Assembly: GCA_977862235.1 (NCBI GenBank)
Contig: OZ374557.1
Span: forward strand, 1,550,001 to 1,614,000
DNA from: Dudresnaya verticillata
Lineage: Eukaryota
Length of the DNA: 64,000 bases
Reading direction: 5' to 3'
Both the position numbers and the translations under genes were made by a program. Under the pieces are notes generated by a model. It ran no database searches. It was not told the origin of the DNA and saw only the letters and a program-made list of their open reading frames with translations. Positions 23,661 to 35,823 of the stretch are shown one piece after another (the first letter of the stretch is position 1; every line of letters starts with the position of its first letter).

Positions 23661-25964
23661 TTCCCGATGCCAACGAAGAGTTATCGGACTCCACATCGGC
23701 CACCACCTCATCCATTGGATGTTCTTGCGTAGTGACTAACGTGGCCTGCCGATTCCCAGGGTTCAAAGATGATTGTTGCGGCCGTCGGAGTATTCCCTGA
23801 GGGGAAGGACGTCCCCTTCCATCCCCAAAGGAGACATTGATCGGGGCGGTAGCCTTGACCTTGGCCGGCATACTGCTCAGGGTGCCATCTAGCGTACTCA
23901 TCTCGGAAGCGGACGTTACGTATGGCAAACAAGTTCCTGATGGCCATTGGTAAGTGCACACAAGTGTACAAATCATGGCCCCATTCGCGACAACCCCAAC
24001 AACGGGCACTGGTTTTGTCACTGCGTAGCATAATAGCGACTTTGGCCAGCTCATCCGACGTCAACGTCGGAGGTTTCCGGAGTGGGTCCGGGGTGTTACC
24101 CCCGGATACCGACCCTGCCATTGACGGTGTGGTCGGCGCCATTGTCGGTGTTTGCTGAGAGCCATTCTGGCCAGGGGTAATGGCCATAACCGGTATGGTG
24201 TCAAACGGATCATCATAGTTGGCCGCTATATCCTCGGGCTCCGCCTGCCAAGAAGGTTCAGCCGCAAGGGTAGGGATGACCAACGCGCTTCGAGAACTGG
24301 CCGACTTTGTTTTGGGACGTGCAGAAGCCAAGTAGGCTCTGTGTGTCTCCCCCTCGGCGATGGCGATACGGCGCACCGTCGAGAAGTCCTTCTCCTCCGG
24401 CCGCATCTGGATACGCTTCTCAGCTACGGCAGAACGAGTGGTCGAAGGTAAACCCCTCACATAATGGTTGATCAGGGTATTCTCCGAGAGGACATCGGCG
24501 CACGACAGCGCCGCGTCCCCTAACCGGTCAGCGAATTCCGCTTCTGTCTTGGCATCTTTCTGTTTGTTTCTGGCCACTTTGTCGAACGCGGCGGCCAGAA
24601 CATCTTCGGTGCAGTAGCGCTTGATGAGAGCGTGGACTAAGTGTGGGCAGCTAATTTGCGAAAATCCACTCATTGGAAAGATGGATTGTACTGACCGTAT
24701 ACCACGGGACATCCGGCTAGAATAGAACCTCTTCGCATCACCGGCCGTAAAGAAGGACAGAAGACGCAAAGCGGCCCCTTCATGGACGTTCGTCCCATCA
24801 CAGGCATACTTGAACTCCTTGAGGAAGGACAGGAGCTCGATCGGACGTCGGCCGTCAAATGGGTTCATCTGCGGGAACAGGTTCCGGATTTGACGAGTCA
24901 TCCATAGTCATCGTTGGCCGAGTATCCAAAAGGCGATGGGTCCGGTAATCAACCACCCGCCGGAAGGGTTCTTGGAGGGTCTTGAGAGGCTCTAGACCTG
25001 GTTCCATTGGCCCCATCATCGCGACAGGAAGACCTGTTTCATCCAACTGGCCAGTGTATCCCATGGAAGGTTCCCCTGCATCAACGGGCCCCGAAGGTCC
25101 AACTAAAGCAGGCCGTGGGGCGGCACCACTGTTCTGAGTGTTGCCCTCTTGCGGTGCTACCCCTTATACAGGAATATTTGGCCGGGCCTTGTCAGGATGC
25201 GACTAGGCCGATATCTCATCTTGCAACTGGTCCAGTTGCTTCTGCACTGCTGCTACCAGTTCAACGACCTGTGGTGCCAAGACTGGTTGATTGGCCGGTG
25301 TTATCCGAGCGGACTCGGACCTTGTCTGGCCAGGGAGGGCAGGGAGTTTTACCTTCCCGTCGGAAGCGAAAACGGCCGCCTCAACCTTTTCCAGACTCTC
25401 ATCATAACGTTCCGCTATGGCCGTAAGTGCACCGTCTAGGATGACGGAGTGTATCTCCTGGCGAAGCTGTTGGTCCCTAATCAGAGCCGTGGTGGACATC
25501 TTGACTTGCATCTCGCCAAACTGGTTCTTCACCTCTTGTTGCCACTCGGCTGTACGTCGCTTATACTGGTAGAACTCTTGCCGACCCAACCAGACGTCGT
25601 GTTCTGGCTGGGAATAATCATCAACCGGGGGTGGACGAAGATTATCAGGAGCGCCCAGTGGAGTCATCGGCGGCGCTGTGGCGGGCGGTGGCGTGCGAAA
25701 CGGCGAAACCGGAGGGGCAGCCCGCGGCGGTACCTCATTACGGACGGCACCCGCCATGGAAGAAGACCCTGCTCGTCCAACTGTCGAAGGAATGAACTGG
25801 CCAGTCGATAACGGGACCGGAGGGGCTGGTGGCGGCCCCGATAACGGTGGATATAGGCCAGGAGCAGGTGGTGGGCCTATGGGAGCGCCCAACGTAGAGG
25901 GAGCCGGAGCGGAGCCTTGTAAGGGCTGCGGTTGTCCGCCTGCCGGTGAAGAAGAAGAAGACAT
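23656..25964 (-). pseudogene. gag: Element B gag
   Basis: Pro-rich N-terminus, capsid-like FDGRRPIELLSFL..., Zn knuckle CWGCREWGHDLYTC, ending GGGAAAC-TAG. Frameshifted. Confidence 0.88.
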
Positions 25965-26421
25965 GACGAAGTACGTCGGAGACTGATTGGCCAGATACTT
26001 CTAGCGATTCGTGGCCACCCCGTGGCCGACGTGTGCGAAGTGGCCTTGCTGGGAACCACACTGTCGTGTGCAAAACAAAGGGGTGGGAACGGACGATTAA
26101 GAGCTACTAGTCCCTATATCAAGGGCCGGACACTGCCGTGTGCAAAGCTCCCTGTGCTGGGAACGAACCAGTGAGTGTGCAAAGTGGCCACCCTGGGAAC
26201 GAACCAAGCGACGTGTATCTTGCCTATGGCCTAGACTACGGCCACAGAACCGGGTTGAAGTAGACTGACAATCAGATTGCGAAATCGGGTAGTTACTAAC
26301 CCCCAATCTGCAACTTGCGGTGTTTGGCCACCACTGCAGCGAGGAAGACACTGGCCGTCGTCGACTACGGCCAGCTACTCGAGTCTTCTAACGGAGAAGT
26401 AGGCCGAAATCACAACTGATC

Positions 26422-26439
26422 TTCTAGGTCGGGAGACCA
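26422..26439 (-). promoter_or_regulatory. Primer-binding site of B, inferred tRNA-Tyr; same PBS type in A (35800-35817), C (38168-38185), E (52467-52484) and F (54831-54848)
   Basis: TGGTCTCCCGACCTAGAA is complementary to a tRNA ending ...CTAGG-TCGGGAG-A-CCA. C1:G72 with A73 is the eukaryotic tRNA-Tyr signature, and yeast tRNA-Tyr ends CGGGAGACCA. The LTR-PBS spacer is 1 nt in B/E/F and 5-6 nt in A/C. Confidence 0.85.
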
Positions 26440-26440
26440 G

Positions 26441-27203
26441 TGTAGTATCTCTAAAGCACCACCGCGTACGGCAGCCAAACGAGACCCCAAGAATACCACA
26501 AAGACCTGACGGATTTCACCACAAACTGGCCAGAACGTAGAAGGGACCTGCGCGCCGGTAGCAAGCGTGGCAAAGCGGGAGCGCGCAGACGAAGTCGTGG
26601 CCAGAAGCTGTGATGAGGACAGAAAATGGCCAAGTCGGGGGTTCAGTTGCTAACTTTACTCCCAACCTCTGGCGGGACGGCTTCGTACCCTTTTCGGCTA
26701 AGCCGTGGTATGTGGCCCGCTAAGTAGTCCCAAAATCGCCCATCTGAGCTAATCTAGAGCTGTTCTACAGTTAGTGGCCGAGTTTACTCCTGTCGGCCAT
26801 AATATCTACTTGTGTTCCGGCGTCGGGCCATTGTAAGGCCCTTGCGAGACTAAACCAAGTACTTGTGCGTTAATGGTTGGCCCTGCGAATTAGATTTCAC
26901 TTGATTTTTCCACTGTCTTCGCTTTGATTCACCGTGCGGCCAAATCCAATTTCAATTTGTGTCTGGCCGCAAATCGGATCATGCGTGTACAGCGGGCCAA
27001 GTGGTGCGCTTCGGTGTCGTAGGTGGCCACGTGTGAGCCACGTGTACAATCGGTGGCCACGTTTCATACTTGCGCGCGCTCACCGCCGTCCGCGCGCCGA
27101 CGTCACGACTTCATTGGCCAGGCGTCTTCGTTTGGTTGGGCCGATCGTACAGTTGGCCCGTCGAGTTGCTTCCTTTCGGTGGCCCCCTTGCCGTTGCACC
27201 ACA
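26441..27203 (-). repeat. Element B 5' LTR
   Basis: Matches 14005-14768 and is adjacent to the PBS. Confidence 0.95.
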
Positions 27204-28696
27204 CCCCCCTCCTTAAATGGCGACACGTCCTCGTGCGCCCGCTTCGGTTTTCGTCCACACCGTATCGGTTTCGTTCCATTGACACCATAACGGCTTCGTA
27301 ACCGGCACCTGTGCTCGGGTGTGGTCAAGGTCCCCGTTTTGGTACAATCTGCCCCGCGCGTATTCCCAAAGCCAAAGTCCATCACACCAAAATGGAGTGT
27401 GGATCCACCGGTGGTTCGCCGTGTCAATGACCGAAGGACTCCAATCGGATTCGCAAATAATCCCTTGCGGAGTGCGCTGTAGTGCCCGTGAACAGTATGA
27501 GGAAACCATGCCGAAATTTGAACTTGGTCTCCCGCTCCACTTCACTTCCATCCAGTGTCGCGGTGTGGACACAACACACAACCCATAATGGCGTTTGAGC
27601 GAAACATATTCTACAGACGCCCGGGGTCCTTTGGCGGAGCCAGTACCGAAACATACTCCAATACGGTGTGCCATGCAGTGGCTGTTGACAACATGGGGGA
27701 AGCTATGCCCGATTTTTCGGTAATTGCTCACATATGGCGCGAAACGGTGTCACAACATCCCAATGACATCGTGTGCGAAGCCTAAAGCTTGTTCCTTTCC
27801 GACTCTTGGACGCGACTCTTCTTACACGGGCGGCACCGTTTCGGCGGAATATATTAATGTCAATATATCAACATTAATATATTAATGTTAAGTAAGCTGT
27901 TCTCCACATAAATATATTAATGTTAAGAAAAGACATAAAATTAATCTCAACATTAATATATTAACCCGAGCTCCGGTGGTGTGGAAATCCGAAAAAACGG
28001 TGCTTGAAGCGACGGTGGTAGACCGGAATCGGACTCCGGAAGGGTACGCGCACAGTCCCCGAGACGCGGAAACTTCCGGGTATCGTCTCCCTCGATACCA
28101 GAACGGTGTATGCGGCCGTGGTAACTGGCCGGAGCTATTTGCCAGGGCTCTACACTCCAAAAAAGCGGCGGCGCGCCCGATGCGGCAAGTCGGAACGTGA
28201 GAGTACATGCACAAGTGCACCTGTTTTGGAGCCAGCGTGCGCAAACGACCGCAAGCCTCCACTCCCTGTCCGTGTTTGCAGCGCAATGCCCCAAATTGCA
28301 CAAGCAGAGTGGGAACTGGGCTGGTATCAGTTTGGAACCAAGGACGAGCATACCAATATGGAGTGAAACCCCTTGGGCAAGGGCTCGGTGACCGTGAGTC
28401 CAGGGGTCATGCCGAATTTTACGGCATGCAACACCATCGGGGCGGAAATGGCGGGCAAAGCGCACGGCGATATGACGGTGTCGCGTAGCAGTTGTCTCGA
28501 CACGCTTCCCACTCCAATACCGGTATTTGTGACACGATAGTACCCCACATTACCGAAACGGTGCACACGACCTTGGCGCCCCGCGGGAAATGGTCTCCAG
28601 GGTCATTCCACTGCGAACACCACTCAGGGCACGTTCCGTATGCCTTATTAGGGACGGACAACACCGTAAAGGAGCGGACCGCTATCTCAATTCCGG

Positions 28697-31600
28697 TTAG
28701 GTGTGTGTGACTCGCGTCAGTTTCCGCCGACGCCGCGCAGATGCTGCGGCAGGGCGTTTGCGACTCCAATAGCGGCGAATAAAATTCTGTGGCAACTCCT
28801 CGGCGGGTTCATACGTATCCTGGTCTGGTGGGTAGCCGTACCAACGCACCTTGTCGGTCATGTCCGTGGGTTCTTCGCGGTGTCCCACGATCTGCTCGAT
28901 AATATACTCCGTGTCGGCGTCATTTGTCTCCGGAACGGGAGCAGGAATACCGCCTGGCGTTTGGGGCGTTACAGTAATACCACCTGGTGTTTGGGGTACT
29001 ACTGTGGTGCCTCCCGCCTGCTGGGGTACTGTAACGTCCACGTCGGTGTGTGGCGTAACCGGCGGAGCCAATAGCGGCGCCGGTTGCACGGGAACTACAA
29101 TTGGTACCTTAGTGATGCGATCGATGCTGATGGGAATCAGGACGCCATCCTTCTTGATAGTGACTACAGTATCCGTTGCGGTGTGCACCTCGTAGGGGCC
29201 CGTCGATCTTGGGAGGAGCTTCTTCATTTGCTCCGCAAATTCACCGACGTGGTCAGGGCCTTGACCCAATCGGACGCGTTCCTTTCGTTCGGTGGGTCGT
29301 AGATTACGCGGTGGGCGATCTACGTAGACTTGGTCGCCACCGCAAACCACCGGTCGGAAACGCACCTTACGGTCAAAGAGGGCCTTAGACTTCAACTGGG
29401 CTGTAGTCAGTTTGGTCTGCGCCTTCTGTAGGGCATAGCGCAAACGCCGCATGGTTCCCCTCTTTTGGAGCACGGGCGTCATACGCCCCTCCGTAACGGT
29501 TTCTTCCAACTCCATAGGGGTGCCACGCACAATAATATCCGATGGGTGTCGAGTTAACACTAAGTCAAAGGGAGTAGTATCCGTAATCCGGTGTATCTAC
29601 ATATTATAGGAGTAGGTCAACGGCTGTAGGTATAAATCCCAATCGGTGTGGTGATCCCCGACGTAGTGTCGAAGGCGCTGCGCGATGGTTTTGTTAAACC
29701 GCTAGGCTTGTCCGTTGGTTTGCGGGTGGTAGGCAGCGGTCAGCCAATGCCGCACTCCGAGTAGGGCACAGACAGCGTCGAAGAACTTCGCCGTGAACTG
29801 TCTTCTATTGTCGGTGAGTACAAATTTTGGTGCGCCATACGCATACACCCAATGGTCTAAAAATGCGTTCGCCACCACGACGGCTGTAATCGTCCGTAAC
29901 GGAATGCACCGTGTTAGTTTAGAAACCCGATCGGTGATGACCAGTACAAAGACGTATCCCCGTTTGGTTTTCGACAGCGGGCCCAGTATGTCCGTAGCGA
30001 CAAACTCCAGTGGGCCACTGGCGGGAAATAGCTTCATGAACTTCTGATGCTTAAACCGCGTGCCCTTGGTTTTGACGCGTGAGCGGCAACTCCGAACGGT
30101 CTCGAATACATCGTTAGCCATATGTGGCCAATAGTAGTCTCTCCGTAAGGTGTAGTACATCTTAATTCCACCAGAGTGTCCCGACATCAGGATGTAGTGG
30201 GCAAGATACAGGACCCTGCCGCGCATCTGTTGCGGTACCACGTTTTGGAGTGCACCGTCGAGGGCAGACTTGCGAACAAGAAACCCATGTCGGTCGTAGT
30301 CAAATTGTGATCCTGGGGATCCCACCGATTCGGCTTTAAGCTTGCAGAAAGTATCCGTTGCTTGCGCGGCTATGAACTCCTCACGGGTAAGGGTCTCATT
30401 TCGCATATCCTCTTGTTGGATGACCGTTTGCCGGAGTGGAGTGGGTGGTACTGTATCCTTTTCAGGCGTAGTATCCGTTTCGGTGGCTCCACTTTCAACG
30501 CCTAGGACAGGGCTGCTTGCGGCATCAGGCTGCTAGATCTGTTTCCAATTGGTTAGTCGCACACCATGTGGTACTACACCATTAGGAGTCGATTACATAA
30601 CGAAGCAAGGCACTTCTTCATCCAACTCAGCTTTGTCAGCACCACCTGTTCGGAGTCTTGACATACCGTCTGCGAGTTGGTGCTTGATACCAGGGCGGTA
30701 CTGTACTTCGAACTCAAATTCCGATAGGCGTAGGCGCCATCTTGCTAAGCGTCCAGACGCATCGGCTAAACTCAATATCCAGCGTAATGCGTCGTGATGC
30801 GTACGGAGTATAAACTTTTCACCATAAAGGTAGGGGCGTAGCGTTAGCATACTCCAAACTACAGCAAGGGACTCCTTTTCAGTGGTTGTGTAACTCTTCT
30901 CCACATCGGTTAGACTTCGGCTGCAGTAACCCACTGGTAGGTTATCTCCACTACGTTGCTCCTGGAGAAGGACACACCCAACTTGGTAATCACAAGCGTC
31001 GGTATCCAACGTATAATTGAAACCATGACGGGGTAAAGCCAATATTGGAGGGGAGATTAAGTGTCTCTTTAACTCCTCAAAGGCGTTAAACTCCGTTTCG
31101 GTGAGAGTTCCAAACTCGAATACCAGACCCTTGCCGGTTTTCTTATTGAGTGGCGAAACAATACGTGAAAAATTGGGAACGAAGCGTCGATAGACGTTAC
31201 ATAATCCTAGAAAAGAGCGCAACTCCATTTGGTCTGTAGGGGGCTTAGCCTCCTTGACGGCGAGAATATTCTTCCGTTCCACTTCCAGTTGGCCCGGGCG
31301 CACTATGTGGCCCAGATACTGTACAGAAGTGTCGAAGAAGGCACACTTCGATAATTTCAGAGTTACCTCTGCGGAACGGAGTAGCGTGGGGACCTCCTTA
31401 AGGTGTTAAAAGTGCTCCGTAACGGTATTTGAATATACAATCACATCATCCAGGTATACTAAGGCAAATTGCCATTTCACCGTGGATAGGATGATGTCAA
31501 CCGCTCGTTGGAAAGTAGCGGGTACGTTCTTGAGCCCAAAAGGCATTCTCCAGAAGCGGTATAATCCATAATGACTGGTGAAGGTAGTTTTGTCACGCTC

Positions 31601-33100
31601 CTCCTCGGGGATCACTACTTGCCAGTAGCCGCTATTACAATCCAGAGTAGTGAATACTGTAGTTTCTCCAAGGGAGTCGATACATTCATCCATCCGGGGT
31701 AAAGGGTATGAATCCCGAACGGTGACAGCGTTAAGACGCCTGTAATCGACAGAAAACCGCATGGAGCCGTCCTTTCTAGGAACGAAGACCACAGAGCTGG
31801 CCCACTCTGAAGCGGATGGCTCGATCACCTTAGCGGACAACATACGATCCACTTCTGCCTTCTCCAGCTCGCGCTGTTTATGTCCTGCCCGATATGGTGC
31901 TTGATATACCGGTTTGGCACCAGGCATTAATTCAATACGGTGTTTCGCGGCTGTTATATTTCCTAACTCGCCGTTCCACATAGTGCTGAACTCCTCGAGG
32001 AGTGTAATCACCGTAGCGCGGAGTTTTTCATCCTTGGCACCAATAAGGATGTTATCTTTCCAGTCGGTGTCAGGGGTTGTAGTTGATTCCGATACGGTGT
32101 TGCCTTTGAATCCATCTTGGGGTGTAGCCTTGCTGCTTTCATTAGGAGGAGTAGGAAAGGAATTAATATGTCCTCCCCCCTCCTTAAATGGAGGTACTCC
32201 GTTAACGGTGAGTATGGCAGAGGGAGCAGCAGTAGCGAGGCCCATGACGGTAGACTTGGGTAACCGCACCGGTTTGGGGGAAAATTAGTCAGCCACACCT
32301 TAAAGGGTTTGTTAGGGATGATATCCATAACCCCGTTAGCCATAAGGGTGAGGTGCTTATGGATGGGTTTGGGATGCTTTTGAAGAAAACACAAACCACC
32401 GGTAGGAGTGGCGACCAATGCAAGGGATTGGGTCATAGGGGGAATAACAAGGGATTGTGCTAGTCGGAGCTTTTGCGATACCGTAGCGGATGAAACAGGG
32501 GGCCCTGAAGAGTAGAAGCACCGTTTTGGAGTGTCTGAGTTGTCCCATTGGCGAAACCGGGGCGTGGTGATGAAAACAACTTTCCGTGTCGGTGGGAGGA
32601 TCGCCTTGACATGGCGAGCAATAAAACTGGTTCCCAGAATACACGGAGCAGCGAGGTTCGCGACCACCAGGAAGTGGACTCGAGTACGCAATTCTCCGAT
32701 ACGGACAAAAAGCTGAATGACACCAAGCGGGCGTATCGACCTATTGGACGCATCCCGTAAAGGTGGACTGGCAGCGGGGCGAATCAAAGACAACCAGTGG
32801 CGTGGAAGCCGTCTGGCGTTAATGAAATTTGGCTCAGCACCAGAATCCAATACGGTGACGAGAGGTAACATGAGGTCATTACTTCTTCCCGCAGTAATCT
32901 GGATTTTATAATTCTGCCGTTGTAGAAAACAGACAGAATCACCGGGTAGTGGAAATTCAAGGGGAATTTCTGGAACAAAATCAAGGGGGTACTCCGTAAT
33001 GGTGGCGGGCTGACAGTCCGGCAAAGCCCGTATTGGTGGGCGTACCACGTCGCATTGAGGAGACGGGGACGCCCTTTCACGTCTCCTGCGACGTTTTCCG
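28697..33100 (-). pseudogene. pol: Element A pol (PR, dUTPase-like domain, RT, RNase H, integrase, chromodomain)
   Basis: LDSGAEPN, YLDD, TDAC, TDILGP, TDN, HPQTNGQ, GPY, chromodomain YIIEQIVGH...VRWYGY...TYEP. Disrupted. Confidence 0.94.
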
Positions 33101-35659
33101 AGTCGGGGTGTGCCATGAGTGCCTCCTCTACCATATCAGCTGGGGGCTCGTCAACCGCACCACCATCGACAGTCAACACGCGCGCGGGGCGTTGCTGGTA
33201 GTTACCCGGCGGACGATTTCCCGTATTGGAGTTGGCGAAGGCCTGCCGCTGGAGGAGGATCGCCTGATAGTTGGCTCGCGTTCTTCCATCAAGGGACCCC
33301 TTTCGGTGTCGCTCAGATACGGACAAATTACGTGGTCCGGGGAGAGGCACAAGCGACAGTAGCCACTTGCATAGAGGCGTCTGATATCCGGTGAGGTGTG
33401 ATCCGTATGCTCTGCGGCAGGGGGTTGTTTTCCAATACGGTGTTCGCCCTGCCCTTGACGGGGAGGCGTGTTGCCGTGGGGGTGTCCAATATGGCTGGGA
33501 TGCTGCCCGATGGTTCCTTGACGGTGTGTGGCGGGACCGTAGCGGCTATCAGCCGGTCCGTAGCGGGGTTGCCGGAGTGGTTGCATCCGTGGCGCTGGGG
33601 GGCGTAGGTTAGGCGTCCGAGGCGGAGTAGGGTAGACACTACTGGGTGGGGAAGAGTACGCTGTAGTAAACGTAACCCCCGACGAGGTGCCGGCGCTGCG
33701 ACCCGCGCCACCTTCCAGAGCGAGCACGTGCTCCTCCGATTCAACGGGATACTCCGAGTAGGTGTACGCCGATGGAGAACCAATCGACGGAACGCCAGAA
33801 CGTCGTGACGTCTTCGGTGTTCCGTCGAAGACGTGCACCGCTGAGGTTTGGCGTCTGGTTGCCCGATGGGATTCTCCAAGCCCTTTAGCGTAGCGGGTGA
33901 TGGCTTGGTAATCCATATGGGGGGGTGTTGCCAGATAATTGCGCATCTGCTGACACGTTCCCGGTAGGAGTCCTTCCACAAACAGCGACTTGAGGGACCT
34001 GTCGGAGAATACTGTACCGCATCGGAGTGCCTTAGTCCAAAGTTGGTTGGCGAATTGCTCTTCCCTTAAGGCCGACGTTTGTCGAAACGACGTTACGTCC
34101 GAATACCCTTCGGTAATTACCTCATCGGTAGCAGAAGTCCTTAGCAAAACGTTCAACACTTCGGTATAGGTACGAAGCATCTCTGCTTGCTCCTCGTCGA
34201 TCGCCATGGTGCCACCAGCGAGACGGGCCTGAAGCAAAGCTTCAGCCTGTCCACTTAAGAAAAACTGGAAACACCACAGTGCGGTTCCTTCCGAAATGGA
34301 ATTGATGTTACACGCATCCTTGAACTTCGCGAGAAATCCAAGGACCGTGATGGGGTCTGTACCGTTAAAGGAGTGGGACTTCATTTGTACCTCCAGCTTT
34401 TTGCGGATGCGTCCCATATTCTGGGACAAGCTAGAGCTGTAGTATGAACTCTTTTTCTCCAGTCGGTATGTTCGGAAATCCAGCGCCTTCACGAACCTGT
34501 CGTTCAGGGGCCGGATTACCTTTGGGAGTGGCCTGTCGAACTCTCGGTGTTTGGCGTCGTGTTTTCTGGCCCGACGCCGCTCGTCCCTATCCGTATCGGA
34601 GTAGCTCGTATCAGAGCCAGAGGAATGGGAGGAGTCATGCCTTGTTCGGCGCCTATGGCGGGACTTGCGCTTTTTCTGCTTCCTATTGCGGTGTTGGCAA
34701 TCATCAGATTCCGTACCGGAGTGTTCTTTGTCCCGTCGTGAAGTGCGTTTGCTCCGTTGCGAACGGTCACGTTCCTTATCGGAGTGGGAGTCCTTGGCCC
34801 TTCTGACAGCACTGTCTCTACCACTCCGGGCTTGGTTTTTCTTGGAGTCACCCTCGGAGTGCTCACTGCCTCTACGCGATGCCACCGGCACGGTGATACG
34901 TTCCCCCACAGGCACTTCTGCGGGTCCAGGGACCGTACTCCGATTCGGTTGGGGTTGGTGTGCTGGATACAATTCGGTGTATTGAGTTTGGGTAGGTAAC
35001 CAAGGGGCTGCCGCTGTCCTTACCGGATCGGGCGGAAACACCTGAGTGGGGATTTCTGTCATTTACGTCGTTTATCCCTTGACCGGGAAGTTATTCCGTA
35101 TCGGTGTAGGTCCAGAAAAAAGCTGCTCCTTGGGTCCCGGTAGGGGTTGTCCGGGGATGAGCATCTGCTCGATCTCCGATGCCTGACGCTCCTGACGGAT
35201 GAGCGTCTGTACCAACTCCGGAAGGTGTTTCTCCAGGTAGGAGCTAACAATGACCGGAACGGTGTCAGCGAGCGTGGTCTCAACCTCCTTGACCATGTTG
35301 GGCTGCACCTCTATACGGAGATGCTCCAACAGCCGTGGGATGACCTCCAAAAGTATCCAATGGACACGATTGGAGTCACCTGGCTTGGATACACCCTTGG
35401 GGGAAGTGTCGGAACCAGGTCGGGATCTATAGAGCTTACTGGCTACACCTTTAAGGAGTTCTTCGGGGTTCTCCATACCGGGGTTCAGGTCGGCAGCATC
35501 GCCACGGCATGTTCTCGTGGCTGAGGCTACCTCCGGTTCGGTAGGCTCACTGCGGCTTGTTCTCGCAGTAGAGGGCACCTCCGGGACGGTGTTATCGTCA
35601 CCGCGGCGTGATCTCGCGGTTGACGGCACCTCACCTTGATCCGATACGGTAGGGTCCAT
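33070..35659 (-). pseudogene. gag: Element A gag
   Basis: ORFs 35072-35659, 33173-35062 and 32784-33350; FNGTDPITVLGFL capsid-like region; CRLCLSPDHVIC knuckle; homologous to gag of C. Confidence 0.88.
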
Positions 35660-35823
35660 GTGTTCTCCTATTCTTAGGTTACCAAAACGGAGTCAACGAG
35701 TGTTTTGCCTTGTCCTGCCTTTACACCAATACGGAGTTGTCACAAAGCTCACCTCCTACCGAAGCGGAGTCCCACGGAAATTCTTCTACCTTGACGGTCT
35801 TCTAGGTTGGGAGACCAAAACGA

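Larger units (their letters stand above)
14005..27203 (-). mobile_element. Ty3/Gypsy chromodomain LTR retrotransposon B (13.2 kb) with a large antisense ORF
   Basis: LTRs 14005-14768 and 26441-27203; TSD CCCCC; PBS 26422-26439; gag, PR (LDTCSGWN), RT (YLDD), RH, IN and chromodomain (YVIDKL...FQVNWYGY...WEPE). Confidence 0.96.

Noticed and set aside
28945..29035. 30-bp tandem repeats (VPQTPGG-like) as a special array
   Set aside because: Ordinary in-frame linker expansion before the chromodomain, with no spacers.
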